The position numbers and the translations under genes were made by a program. A stretch of 64,000 nucleotides of DNA from Acidobacteriota bacterium (lineage in GTDB: Bacteria; Acidobacteriota; Blastocatellia; Pyrinomonadales; Pyrinomonadaceae), in assembly GCA_046733535.1 (NCBI GenBank), contig JBKPPH010000055.1:285-64284 (forward strand), in the 5' to 3' direction. The first letter of the stretch is position 1. The number at the start of each line of letters is the position of its first letter. The notes beneath the pieces are model-generated. The model saw only the letters and a list, made by a program, of their open reading frames with translations. It was not told the origin of the DNA and did no database searches. Positions 47,968 to 57,504 of this stretch are shown piece by piece.

Positions 47968-49482
47968 TTGCCACGAAAAAGCACAAATGCATTACTCAAA
48001 TCGTTAGTTGCTTTATGTGCCTTTTTGTGGCCCATTTGCACTGTTGAGGCGCAACAAGTTTTGAGGTGGGGCGCGGATCCGAGTGGTGGCGCACCTTATG
48101 TTTTCACCGACCCCGCAAATCCCGATCGTTACATCGGCTACGAAAAAGAGATGGTCGACGCGTTGGCCCAGGCGATGGGCCGGCGCGCCGAGTTCGTTCC
48201 CAGCGATTGGGAAACACTCGTCTCCGCGTTGCAACGACAGTCATTCGATGTGATCGTCAATGGCCTCGAGCCCACCGGCGATCGCGCGCAACAGATTCTC
48301 TTCAGCAAGCCTTATTACATCTTTCAGCTTCAACTCACCGTACGTCGCGACGACGATCGCATCAACTCGCTCGACGATTGCAAAAAATGCCTCGTCGGAA
48401 CGCTCGCGAACACAGCCGCCTCGCGCCTGCTGCAACAGCAAGGCATTCCTTATCGCAGTTACGCAGATCCCGTCGGCGCTTATCGTGATCTCGAGCTGAA
48501 GCGTCTCGACGCGGTCGTGATGGACGTGCCCGCCGAGGCTTTCTATGCGCGCTCGAATCCGAAGTTGAGACCCGCCGGACCACCGTTCACGCGCGGTCTT
48601 TACGTCATCGGCCTGCGCAAAGGCGACGAGGCGCTGAAGAAAGAAGTCGACGCCGCAATCGACAAGATCATCTTCGACGGCACACTCGAAAACATTCTGA
48701 AGAAGTGGGGACTTTGGAACGACGCGCAAGTCGAGTTTCAAGCGCCGATCCGCGCCGGAACGCAAAGTACAAAGCCGGAGGAGTACACTTCGACCAACGC
48801 GAGCTTCAACTGGAGTGAAGCACTCTGGCGACTGACGCGCGCCGCCGCGGTGACCGTGCTCATCGCTCTCGGTTCGATGGTCATCGCAGTCGTTTTAGGT
48901 CTGCCGCTCGCAGTCGGACAGTGGAAAGGCCCGGCCTGGCTGCGCGCACTCTGCACGATCTACGTCGAATTCTTTCGCGGCACTCCAGTGCTGGTCCAGC
49001 TCTTGTTTCTTTACTTCGGTTTGCCGGTGATCGGAATCGCGATGCCAGGCTGGCTGACAGCGCTCGTCGGTCTCGGACTGAACTACGCAGCTTACGAATC
49101 GCAGGTCTATCGCGCGTCGCTCGAAGCGATTCCGCTCGGCCAGTGGGAAGCCGCTTACTCGCTCGGCATGGGCCCATTGCTCGCCTTTCGCCGCATCATC
49201 CTGCCGCAATCGTTTCGCATCGCACTGCCGCCGATGACAAACGACTTCGTCTCGCTTTTCAAAGACACTTCAGTCGCTTTTGCGATCTCTGTTTGGGAGC
49301 TAGCGACAGCATATCGCGAACTCGCGAACGCGTCCGGACAGTTCCTGCTGCTCGGCGCTGCCGTCTCAGCATTTTATCTCGCGATGAGTTTGCCGATGGC
49401 CCACCTCGCACGTCTGCTCGAAAGGCGTTTGCGCGATCGGAGCGAGGAGCGCGTCGTTGAAGAGGAGGCGCTGGCTACATGA
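47968..49482 (+). CDS. Polar amino-acid ABC transporter, fused substrate-binding protein and permease
   Basis: N-terminal family-3 SBP-like region (LRWGADPSGGAPYVF..) and a C-terminal HisM/GlnP-type permease (EAAYSLGMGPLLAFRRIILPQ). TTG start immediately after the upstream stop. Confidence 0.8.
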   Translation: MPRKSTNALLKSLVALCAFLWPICTVEAQQVLRWGADPSGGAPYVFTDPANPDRYIGYEKEMVDALAQAMGRRAEFVPSDWETLVSALQRQSFDVIVNGLEPTGDRAQQILFSKPYYIFQLQLTVRRDDDRINSLDDCKKCLVGTLANTAASRLLQQQGIPYRSYADPVGAYRDLELKRLDAVVMDVPAEAFYARSNPKLRPAGPPFTRGLYVIGLRKGDEALKKEVDAAIDKIIFDGTLENILKKWGLWNDAQVEFQAPIRAGTQSTKPEEYTSTNASFNWSEALWRLTRAAAVTVLIALGSMVIAVVLGLPLAVGQWKGPAWLRALCTIYVEFFRGTPVLVQLLFLYFGLPVIGIAMPGWLTALVGLGLNYAAYESQVYRASLEAIPLGQWEAAYSLGMGPLLAFRRIILPQSFRIALPPMTNDFVSLFKDTSVAFAISVWELATAYRELANASGQFLLLGAAVSAFYLAMSLPMAHLARLLERRLRDRSEERVVEEEALAT

Positions 49483-50228
49483 TCCGTGTCAACGGCTTGA
49501 GCAAACGTTTCGGCGATAGCGAGATCCTGAAAGGGATTGATTTCGAAGTGCCTCCGCAAACTGTCCTCGGAGTTATGGGTCCGTCAGGCAGTGGAAAATC
49601 GACACTGCTCCGATGTCTCAACGGTTTGGAAACCATCAGTGGCGGAACGATCGAATGCGACAACGTGCGACTCGAAGCCGGTTTATCTCATACGGACTAC
49701 CGGCGCCGCGTGAAAGATCTGCGGCTGAAAGTCGGCACCGTGTTCCAACACTTCTTTCTTTTTCCTCACCTGTCGGTGCTCGGGAACATCATCGAAGCTC
49801 CCGTGCACGTGCTGCACACACCGAAGAAGACAGCCGAGACTGAAGCGTACGAACTTTTGGAGTCGGTCGGGCTGCGACAGGCGGCACGCAGGTATCCGGG
49901 TTCGTTGTCGGGTGGTGAACAACAGCGAGTGGCGATTGCGCGCGCGCTCGCGATGCATCCGGCGCTGCTGCTGCTCGACGAACCGACGAGTGCGCTCGAT
50001 CCGCGGCGCATCAATAGTCTGCGTGCGTTGTTGCGAACGTTTGTGGATCGCGGTCACACGATGATCATCATCTCTCACTCGATGGGATTTCTGAGTGGAG
50101 TCGCGGACAACATCCTTTTCATGGAAGGTGGTTACGCGGTGGAGTTTGGACCAACGGAAGAGGTGTTGAACGCTCCGCAGGACGCGCGCACCAAAGACTT
50201 TCTCTCATCCGCGGATTCCGCAGATTAA
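49479..50228 (+). CDS. Amino-acid ABC transporter ATP-binding protein (GlnQ-like)
   Basis: Walker [10 protein letters not shown], signature LSGGEQQRV, Walker [13 protein letters not shown]. The start overlaps the upstream stop (ATGA). Confidence 0.9.
   Translation: MIRVNGLSKRFGDSEILKGIDFEVPPQTVLGVMGPSGSGKSTLLRCLNGLETISGGTIECDNVRLEAGLSHTDYRRRVKDLRLKVGTVFQHFFLFPHLSVLGNIIEAPVHVLHTPKKTAETEAYELLESVGLRQAARRYPGSLSGGEQQRVAIARALAMHPALLLLDEPTSALDPRRINSLRALLRTFVDRGHTMIIISHSMGFLSGVADNILFMEGGYAVEFGPTEEVLNAPQDARTKDFLSSADSAD
50209..50228. repeat. Family 1-like half-element at the ABC ATPase gene end
   Basis: CCGCGGAT-TC-CGCAGAT-TAA. It encodes the last residues ..ADSAD and the stop. Confidence 0.4.
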
Positions 50229-50824
50229 TCGCCTGTGTGTAACTTGTGGTTCCTGCCTGAAACAGTCTCGAGATAGCGCTCAAATTTCGCACGGTCTTTA
50301 ACGTTCGTGATCCGCGTCCCCAGCAGGTAACCCTGGCCGGAGTATGCACCACTCAGCCGTTCACACCTGACCGGGCTGACTTCCATACCGATCACGCCGT
50401 CAGGCACAAACAAAGAAAGACTCAACCGGTTTCCGCCACTGCAAAATCGCTCGTCGATCGTCGTCGATGGCAGGACCATCGCTAAACCGCCGGCGCTGAG
50501 GTCGTGCGTCCGGCCCATGAAGACGAGCGACGAACCGCCGCCCTGCACCTCAGTGTCCAAAAACGACAGGCCCGCGACGAGCTCCACCTCGCACTTGGCC
50601 CTGAGCCTGCGCGTTCTTCGCCGTTCAATTGAGGAAGCAAGCTTGTCCAAGATGGTCAGTCGTCCAATCTTTGAGCCGCTGAAATCGTTCCCAGTTGGCT
50701 CAAATTGTTGCCTGATATTTAAGGTGCGAAGCCGAAGTCCGAGTCCGGTGGTCGGCCAGTAGTAGCACGAAACTATTAGTTTGTACATGAAGAGGCTGAA
50801 CAAAACAGAGTTAATGAGACCCAC
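50225..50824 (-). CDS. PilZ-domain protein (start uncertain)
   Basis: ERRRTRRLR (RxxxR) and DLSAGGLAM (D-x-S-x-x-G) motifs. The stop overlaps the convergent ABC ATPase stop (TTAA, 50225-50228). Confidence 0.6.
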   Translation of the reverse strand: MGLINSVLFSLFMYKLIVSCYYWPTTGLGLRLRTLNIRQQFEPTGNDFSGSKIGRLTILDKLASSIERRRTRRLRAKCEVELVAGLSFLDTEVQGGGSSLVFMGRTHDLSAGGLAMVLPSTTIDERFCSGGNRLSLSLFVPDGVIGMEVSPVRCERLSGAYSGQGYLLGTRITNVKDRAKFERYLETVSGRNHKLHTGD

Positions 50825-50912
50825 TCTGCTGCCGTTCCGGCATTCTGCAATTTCGATTTATCGTAGGAGTTAAAAAGCTTAATGCGGCTATAATCCCACT
50901 TTCTGAACCCCC

Positions 50913-51452
50913 ATGGAAGCAACCGACGACTTCGCCGCGCGAGCGCAGTTAATTGCCGTTTTGCAACTGGCCTATTCCGGCGAGTTGGCCGCGGGTTATG
51001 CCTATCGCGGCCACTGGCATTCAGTGAGCGACGCGGAGGAACGAGCTCGCATCAAGACGATTGAAGACGAGGAGTGGCATCACCGAAGGCTGGTCGGCGA
51101 GATGCTGAAGAGTCTCGGGGCTGGTCCAAACCAGGTGCGGGAAATCCGAGCGACTGTGGTTGGCCGTGTCCTCGGATTGATGTGTCACGTGAGCGGCTGG
51201 TTTGCGCCGATGTACGGTGCGGGCCGGCTCGAGAGTCGGAATATCGTGGAGTATGAGACCGCGGCGCGCCATGCGCGAGCTTGCGGGCGCGAGGATCTGA
51301 TCGACTGCTTGCTGACGATGGCTGAGGTTGAGTGGGAACACGAACACTATTTCCGCGCGTGTGTGCTGCGGCACGGTTGGTCGCGAAGGATCTCGATCTG
51401 GCCCGAGCCGCCGCCGAAGGAAGCGATCCGGCGCACGTTTGAAAAGATCTAA
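50913..51452 (+). CDS. Ferritin-like four-helix-bundle protein with two E-x-x-H motifs
   Basis: EDEEWHHRR and EVEWEHEHYF are di-iron-carboxylate-like motifs. TATAAT at 50889-50894, and no obvious SD. Confidence 0.5.
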   Translation: MEATDDFAARAQLIAVLQLAYSGELAAGYAYRGHWHSVSDAEERARIKTIEDEEWHHRRLVGEMLKSLGAGPNQVREIRATVVGRVLGLMCHVSGWFAPMYGAGRLESRNIVEYETAARHARACGREDLIDCLLTMAEVEWEHEHYFRACVLRHGWSRRISIWPEPPPKEAIRRTFEKI

Positions 51453-51473
51453 AAGAGGCACCGAAAGCACAAA

Positions 51474-52799
51474 ATGAAAATCCTGCTGCTGTTGATGATC
51501 CTGCCCCTAGCCGTGCACGCCCAAACACCAAACAAGAAACTCGCCGCTGAAGTCAAAGCCGAGTTTCTGCACGCGTGGAATGGTTACAAGAAATACGCGT
51601 GGGGCCACGACGACCTGAAGCCGCTTTCAAAGACGCATCACGATTGGTATTCGCAGCCGCTGCTCATGACGCCCGTCGACTCGCTCGACACCATGATCCT
51701 CATGGACATGAAAGAGGAAGCGGCGGCGACGAAGCAGTACATCCTCGACAATCTCTCATTCGACAAAGACATCGAGGTGCAAAACTTCGAGATCACCATC
51801 AGGCTGCTTGGCGCACTGCTCACCAATTATCAACTCACGGGCGACAAGCGTCTCCTGGACCTCGCCGTGGATCTCGGCAATCGACTCTTGCCGGTCTTCA
51901 ACTCGCCAACCGGTCTGCCATATCGTTACGTAAATCTCAAGACCGGCAAAGTGAGTAAGCCAGTGAGCAATCCCGCTGAAACGGGGACGCTGATTATCGA
52001 GTTTGGAACGTTGAGCAGGCTCACCGGCAAGCCGATCTTTTACGACAAGGCCAAACGCGCGCTCATCGAAACATACAATCGCCGCTCCAAGATTGGGCTG
52101 GTTGGTGAGTGGATCAATGTCGAGACGGGCAATTGGACCAACCCTGACAGTCACATCAGCGGCGCGATTGACAGTTACTACGAATACCTTTTGAAGTGCT
52201 CATTGCTATTCGGCGATCCGGACTGCAAGCGGATGTGGAATGACAGCATGGCGACCATCAACAAGTACCTCGCAGATGACGATGGTTCGGAACTGTGGTA
52301 CGGCCATGCTGACATGAACACTGGCGCGCGGCGAGCGACCACGTACGGCGCACTCGACGCGTTCTTTCCCGCGGTGCTCGCGCTCTCAGGAGACTTGAAA
52401 CGGGCGAAGCGTTTGCAGGATTCGTCGTTCAGGATGTGGAACGAGGCGGGCATCGAGCCGGAGGAGTTTGATTATCGCGAGCGCAAGATCACTTCACCCG
52501 GCTATCACTTGCGACCGGAGATTGTGGAGTCGACTTACTACCTCTATCGTTACACGAAAGATTCCAAGTACCTGCTGATGGGCGAGAAGCTTTGGCGCGA
52601 TTTCGTGCAGCATTGCCGGACTGACGAGGGTTACGCGGCGCTCAAGAACGTTGAGACGAAAGAGAAAAGCGACTCGATGCAGAGCTTTCTCTTTGCGGAG
52701 ACTTTCAAATACTTTTACCTGCTCTTCGCGCCACCGGAGACGCTCGATTTTGAGAAGGTGATTTTCAATACCGAAGCGCACCCGATCCGGAAGTTTTAG
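51474..52799 (+). CDS. Glycoside hydrolase family 47 (class I alpha-1,2-mannosidase-like), secreted
   Basis: AWNGYKKYAWGHDDLKP, FEITIRLLGALLTNYQLTGD, AETGTLIIEFGTLSRLTG and DSYYEYLLK match GH47 signature blocks. Signal peptide present. Confidence 0.8.
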   Translation: MKILLLLMILPLAVHAQTPNKKLAAEVKAEFLHAWNGYKKYAWGHDDLKPLSKTHHDWYSQPLLMTPVDSLDTMILMDMKEEAAATKQYILDNLSFDKDIEVQNFEITIRLLGALLTNYQLTGDKRLLDLAVDLGNRLLPVFNSPTGLPYRYVNLKTGKVSKPVSNPAETGTLIIEFGTLSRLTGKPIFYDKAKRALIETYNRRSKIGLVGEWINVETGNWTNPDSHISGAIDSYYEYLLKCSLLFGDPDCKRMWNDSMATINKYLADDDGSELWYGHADMNTGARRATTYGALDAFFPAVLALSGDLKRAKRLQDSSFRMWNEAGIEPEEFDYRERKITSPGYHLRPEIVESTYYLYRYTKDSKYLLMGEKLWRDFVQHCRTDEGYAALKNVETKEKSDSMQSFLFAETFKYFYLLFAPPETLDFEKVIFNTEAHPIRKF

Positions 52800-52825
52800 C
52801 CGCGGATTAACGCGGATCTCCGGCC
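52799..52825. repeat. Family 1 half-element
   Basis: GCCGCGGAT-TA-ACGCGGAT-CTCCGGCC, abutting the TAG stop at 52797-52799. Confidence 0.5.
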
Positions 52826-52868
52826 TGTTTCTTGACATGCCACAGCCGAAGGCAGATATTCAGACGCA

Positions 52869-53513
52869 ATGAAGCTGCTAATCCTTACCATCTTGCTCGT
52901 CCTGTTACCAGTTCAACAAACTCCGACTGTTGATCGTGAAGAGTCAGATATCCAGGTCGTCAAGTTCTCATGGTCCAGGTACCGGCAGAATAGCGACCTG
53001 ATTCACAGCGCACAGGATCCTGGCCCGGCGATGAACGAGCCGATGTCGATCAAGCCGCCCACTTCCCGAAACGAACCGCAGGAGGTCAGAAACAGAAGAG
53101 ATAGAGAGGAGCGCCGGGCCGACTTGCTCACCGCCGAAAGGAATGCGGCCCAATCGTCGACCCGAAAGCAGGACTACTATTTCCTTCGTCTCGAAGTGAA
53201 GAATATCGGTCCAAACACGATCAAGAGTATGGTTTGGGAATACCAGCCCACGGCAGCGACTGCCGACTATGATTTACGACAATACATCTGCACGATGAAG
53301 GCCAAGCCGAAGGAGAGCAAGACCTTTGAGTTGGTGAGTCCGGTGGCGCCGGTAAAAGTAGTGAGCGCCGAAAAGCAATCTCAGGACGGCAAGGTCGTGA
53401 TCAACAGGATCGAGTACGCGGACGGATCAGTGTGGAAGCGCAAAGGCTGGTCCGTCCTCATCCCTGCGGAGATGACGGACCAGATGGGAAACGGGAAGTG
53501 CGTCATGTTTTAG
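52869..53513 (+). CDS. Hypothetical secreted protein
   Basis: Signal-like MKLLILTILLVLLPV. 214 aa. No domain recognised. Confidence 0.45.
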   Translation: MKLLILTILLVLLPVQQTPTVDREESDIQVVKFSWSRYRQNSDLIHSAQDPGPAMNEPMSIKPPTSRNEPQEVRNRRDREERRADLLTAERNAAQSSTRKQDYYFLRLEVKNIGPNTIKSMVWEYQPTAATADYDLRQYICTMKAKPKESKTFELVSPVAPVKVVSAEKQSQDGKVVINRIEYADGSVWKRKGWSVLIPAEMTDQMGNGKCVMF

Positions 53514-53582
53514 CCGCAGATAAACGCAGATGAACGCAGATCAGAAAATTCTAATCTGCGTTCATCTGCGCTTATCTGCGGC
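53513..53582. repeat. Family 1 palindromic element, 3+3 units, between convergent genes
   Basis: GCCGCAGATAAACGCAGATGAACGCAGAT, loop CAGAAAATTCTA, ATCTGCGTTCATCTGCGCTTATCTGCGGC. 29-nt arms with one mismatch. Confidence 0.9.
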
Positions 53583-53589
53583 TAAATTC

Positions 53590-55785
53590 TTACTTGTACT
53601 CCACCCCTAAATTCTCAAACAGGAACGCATAGATATCTCGCGTCTGCTCGATGGCCTTCGTCGTGTTACTCGCGCCGTGAGCAGATTTCGTATCGACACG
53701 GATGAGAATCGGGTTTGGACCATCCTGCGCTGCTTGCAACGCAGCCGCGTACTTGTAATTGTGCGCCGGGACCACGCGGTCGTCGTGATCCGCAGTGGTA
53801 ATCAACGTCGCCGGATACTTCGTGCCCGGCTTGATGTTGTGAATCGGCGAATACGCATAAAGCGCTTTGAACTCAGCTTCGCTCGCCTCGCTCGAACCAT
53901 AATCTGCGATCCAGTTCCAACCAATCGTAAACTTCTGGAAGCGCAGCATGTCCATGACGCCTGCCTGCTCGATCACCGCGCGAAACAGCTCGGGACGTTG
54001 ATTCGACACTGCTCCCACGAGCAGTCCACCATTCGAACCACCCTGGATCGCCAGTTTGCTCGATGAAGTGTACTTGTTCGCGATCAGCCACTCAGCCGCT
54101 GCGATGAAGTCGTCAAACACATTCTGCTTCTTCAACTTCGTGCCGGCCTCGTGCCACTTCTCGCCGTACTCACCACCGCCACGCATGTTTGCGGAAGCAT
54201 AAACCACGCCCTGTTCGAGCAGCGCCAAACGCAGCGAACTGAACGTCGGCGCCGTCACGACGTTGAAGCCGCCGTATCCGTAAAGCAGTGTCGGATTGTT
54301 TCCGTCGAGCTTCAGGCCTTTCTTATAGACCAAAAACATCGGCACGCGCGTGCCGTCTTTGCTGTTGTAGAAGACCTGCTTGGTCTCGTAGTTCTCAGGT
54401 TTGAAGCCGGGAATGTCTACCGTGCGGAAGACCGTCGACTTCTTCGTCGCGATGTCGTACTTGTAAATCGTCGGCGGGAAGTTGAAGGACGTGAAGCTGT
54501 AAAAAACATACTTGTCGTCATTCAGACCACCAAAACCGCCGGCCGTGCCGACACCCGGCAACACGATCTCGTTCTCGAGCTTGCCGTCGAGACTAAACAC
54601 GTAAGCGCGAGTCGCAACGTCTTTACGCCACGAAGCAAAGAGTTTGCCGCCCGCAGTGCCAACGCCCTGCAGCGGTTCCGTTCTTTCCGGCAAAATGTCC
54701 TTCCAGTTTTGCTCGGCCGGGTTCTTCGGATCGACGAGAATCACGCGTCCATTCGGCGCGTTCCGGTTCGTGCGAATCAGGAACTTGTCGCCGACGTTGT
54801 CGATGACACCAAAACTGTCGTCGCCGATTTCGGCGATGATGGGAGAAAACTTGTCCTCATTCTTCGACAGATCTTTGTAGAAGAGCGCGTTTCCTTTTTT
54901 GCCTTTGCCGCGCTCGGAGATGGTGAGGATTGCGAAACGCTCGTCTTCAGTTGTATCCACATTCTGAAAACGCTGAGGGTGCTCTTTGTCCTCGTACACC
55001 AGCACGTCCTCGGATTGCGGCGTGCCGATCTTGTGGAAATAGACGGTTTGAAACTCGTTCTTGCTGCTGAGCTCCCTGCCCTTCTCCGGCTCGGGATAAC
55101 GGCTGTAGTAAAAGCCATTGCCTTGCCACGCCACGCCCGATGACTTCATCCAGACGATTTCATCTGACAGCTTGTTGCGCGAATCGACTTCCATGACGCT
55201 GAGCGAGACCCAATCCGAGCCGCCCTGCGAGATGCCGTAAGCGACGTGCTTGCCGTCTTTCGAAAGCGAGAACGCGCTCAACACTGATGTGCCGTCAGGC
55301 GAGAACTTGTTTGGATCGAGAAAAACGTCCGCTTTGCCGTCCATGCCTTTTTGAATGTAGAACACGCTCTGGTTCTGGAGCCCGTCGTTCTTCGTGAAGA
55401 AGTAAGTCTCGCCACGACGAAACGGCGCGGAGATACGCGGGTAGTTGAAGAGTTGCGTCAAACGCGCTTTGAGTTTTTCGCGGTACGGAATCTTATCGAG
55501 ATAAGCGAAGGTCACGCGGTTCTGGTCTTCAACCCAGGCCTTCACTTCCGGGGAGGTTTCATCTTCGAGCCAACGATACGGGTCGGCCACTTTGGTCCCG
55601 AAGTAGTCGTCGACTTGTTCGACCTTCTTGCTTTCGGGGTAGTTGATCTTGGTATCCGAAGACGCGCGCGCGCCGCTCGTTGCGGTGCCCGGCGCCATAC
55701 TCTGCGCGCTCGAACGTTGCAAGAACGGTAGCGAGACGGCCGCAGCCACAAACAAAACGAGGAAAAGGGTTCTGAGCTTAATCAT
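53590..55785 (-). CDS. Prolyl oligopeptidase (S9A), secreted
   Basis: YPESKKVEQVDDYFGTKVADPYRWLED; C-terminal GGSNGGLLVG (GxSxGG) and ADHDDRV. Confidence 0.9.
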   Translation of the reverse strand: MIKLRTLFLVLFVAAAVSLPFLQRSSAQSMAPGTATSGARASSDTKINYPESKKVEQVDDYFGTKVADPYRWLEDETSPEVKAWVEDQNRVTFAYLDKIPYREKLKARLTQLFNYPRISAPFRRGETYFFTKNDGLQNQSVFYIQKGMDGKADVFLDPNKFSPDGTSVLSAFSLSKDGKHVAYGISQGGSDWVSLSVMEVDSRNKLSDEIVWMKSSGVAWQGNGFYYSRYPEPEKGRELSSKNEFQTVYFHKIGTPQSEDVLVYEDKEHPQRFQNVDTTEDERFAILTISERGKGKKGNALFYKDLSKNEDKFSPIIAEIGDDSFGVIDNVGDKFLIRTNRNAPNGRVILVDPKNPAEQNWKDILPERTEPLQGVGTAGGKLFASWRKDVATRAYVFSLDGKLENEIVLPGVGTAGGFGGLNDDKYVFYSFTSFNFPPTIYKYDIATKKSTVFRTVDIPGFKPENYETKQVFYNSKDGTRVPMFLVYKKGLKLDGNNPTLLYGYGGFNVVTAPTFSSLRLALLEQGVVYASANMRGGGEYGEKWHEAGTKLKKQNVFDDFIAAAEWLIANKYTSSSKLAIQGGSNGGLLVGAVSNQRPELFRAVIEQAGVMDMLRFQKFTIGWNWIADYGSSEASEAEFKALYAYSPIHNIKPGTKYPATLITTADHDDRVVPAHNYKYAAALQAAQDGPNPILIRVDTKSAHGASNTTKAIEQTRDIYAFLFENLGVEYK

Positions 55786-55858
55786 TTTTTATCTCCGCAG
55801 GCAGGAATTGAAGGCAAATCTTAATAAACCAACGGCCAAAGTTCAAACCGGGATATTA

Positions 55859-55916
55859 GCCACGGATTACACGGATTGTTCTGAACGATCCGTGCTTGTC
55901 CGTGTTAATCTGTGGC
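55859..55916. repeat. Family 1 palindromic element (imperfect)
   Basis: GCCACGGAT-TA-CACGGAT .. ATCCGTG-CTTG-TCCGTGT-TA-ATCTGTGGC. Confidence 0.75.
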
Positions 55917-56096
55917 TGATACAATTTGCTGCCTTCAAAAGCGCCATGTTGAATTCAAAACCGTTACATTATCGCCCGCTGGAATCCCGCGCGAACCTCT
56001 TCGCCGACTAGTTTTTCCTGTCTTCTTACGTCTAATTCTAACCTTGCCGGTCGTTCGACCCGGTTGTTATTGGCCTCTTTGACAAGGGAGTTAAAA

Positions 56097-57431
56097 ATGT
56101 CTACCACGGTACTCGCACCCACTAAGCGCCCGGAAATCAAAACGGCGCTGCCAGGCCCCAAAGGCCAGAAGATAGTCGAAGCTGACGCGAAGTTTGTTAA
56201 CCCTTCCTACCCGCGACCGTCGTTCAAGCTCGTCGCCGAACGCGCCAGCGGCGTTTGGGTTGAAGACGTCGACGGGAATATTTTTCTCGATTGCAACGCC
56301 GGAGTCGCGGTTTGTTCCACCGGACATTGCCATCCGGAAGTGGTGAAAGCAATCCAGCAACAGGCAGAACAACTGATTCACATGTGCGGCACTGACTACT
56401 ACTACCGTCACATGCCGCAACTCGCCGAGAAGCTCGATGCGATCGTGCCGGTGAAATCGCCAACGCGAACGCACTTCGCAAACAGCGGGACCGAAGCAGT
56501 CGAGACTGCTCTGAAACTCGCGATGCATGCGACCGGCCGTGAGAAGTTCATTGCTTTCTTCAACAGCTTTCACGGGCGAACACTCGGTTCGCTTTCATTG
56601 ACATCTTCGAAGGCCGCGCAGCGCAGAGGTTTTAAGCGACAGGCGCTAGACGTGGTCCACGTGCCTTATCCAAACGAGTTTCGCAATCCGTTCAGTGCGG
56701 CTGATTGCGGTGATGGCGGAGCAGGTCAGGGGGCGCTCAATTGGATTGAAGAGCGCTTGTTCAAAACAACGACGCCGCCTGAGGAAGTAGCTGCGATCGT
56801 GGTTGAGGCAGTGCAGGGCGAGGGTGGATACGTGCCCGCGCCGAAGGGTTTTCTACAGGGACTGCGCCGGATCTGCGATGAGCACGGAATTTTGTTGGTG
56901 GTAGATGAAGTTCAATCGGGAATGGGTCGCACGGGCAAGATGTTCGCGTGCGAGCATTACGATGTGCAGCCCGACATTGTCTGCATCGCGAAGGGCATCG
57001 GTTCAGGTTTGCCAATCGGGGCTTGCGTTGCACGCGCGGATCTCATGGACTGGAAGCCCGGCGCGCACGCGTCGACCTTTGGCGGCAATCCGGTTTGTAT
57101 CGCCGCGGCGTTGAAGACAATCGAACTCCTGGAAGGTGGGTTGGTCCAGAATGCGGCGGAAGTCGGTGCTTACCTGAAAGCGGGATTGGAGAAGCTTCAG
57201 CAGAAGCATGATTGCATCGTCGACGTGCGCGGCATGGGATTGATGGTTGGTGTTGAATTTTCGAGTGCGGAACTGCGCGATCGTGTTGAGGTGGCGTGTT
57301 TCGAACGTGGGTTGATTATTCTCGGCGCAGGTGCGCAGACGATTCGTTGGTCACCGCCGTTGATACTGACGAAGGAGAATGTAGACGTCGCGTTAGAAAT
57401 CTTCGACGAGGCAATCGCGGCATCGGTATAA
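56097..57431 (+). CDS. Class III PLP aminotransferase (GabT/ArgD-like)
   Basis: DEVQSGMGRTGKMFA, STFGGNP. GGGAG RBS upstream of ATG 56097. Confidence 0.88.
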   Translation: MSTTVLAPTKRPEIKTALPGPKGQKIVEADAKFVNPSYPRPSFKLVAERASGVWVEDVDGNIFLDCNAGVAVCSTGHCHPEVVKAIQQQAEQLIHMCGTDYYYRHMPQLAEKLDAIVPVKSPTRTHFANSGTEAVETALKLAMHATGREKFIAFFNSFHGRTLGSLSLTSSKAAQRRGFKRQALDVVHVPYPNEFRNPFSAADCGDGGAGQGALNWIEERLFKTTTPPEEVAAIVVEAVQGEGGYVPAPKGFLQGLRRICDEHGILLVVDEVQSGMGRTGKMFACEHYDVQPDIVCIAKGIGSGLPIGACVARADLMDWKPGAHASTFGGNPVCIAAALKTIELLEGGLVQNAAEVGAYLKAGLEKLQQKHDCIVDVRGMGLMVGVEFSSAELRDRVEVACFERGLIILGAGAQTIRWSPPLILTKENVDVALEIFDEAIAASV

Positions 57432-57437
57432 AATTGG

Positions 57438-57504
57438 GCCGCAGATAAACGCAGATGACGCAGATCAGAAGATCTGATCTGCGTCATCTGCGTTTATCTG
57501 CGGC
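57438..57504. repeat. Family 1 palindromic element, perfect 32-nt arms, between convergent genes
   Basis: GCCGCAGATAAACGCAGATGACGCAGATCAGA, AGA, TCTGATCTGCGTCATCTGCGTTTATCTGCGGC. It contains the stop (57494-57496) of the minus-strand gene. Confidence 0.92.

Noticed and set aside
53513-53582. CRISPR array hypothesis for the tandem CGCAGAT-type repeats (here and at the other family 1 loci)
   Set aside because: The units are 7-8 nt at 10-nt spacing, with no spacers. There are at most three per arm, followed by their own reverse complement. No cas genes are in the window.
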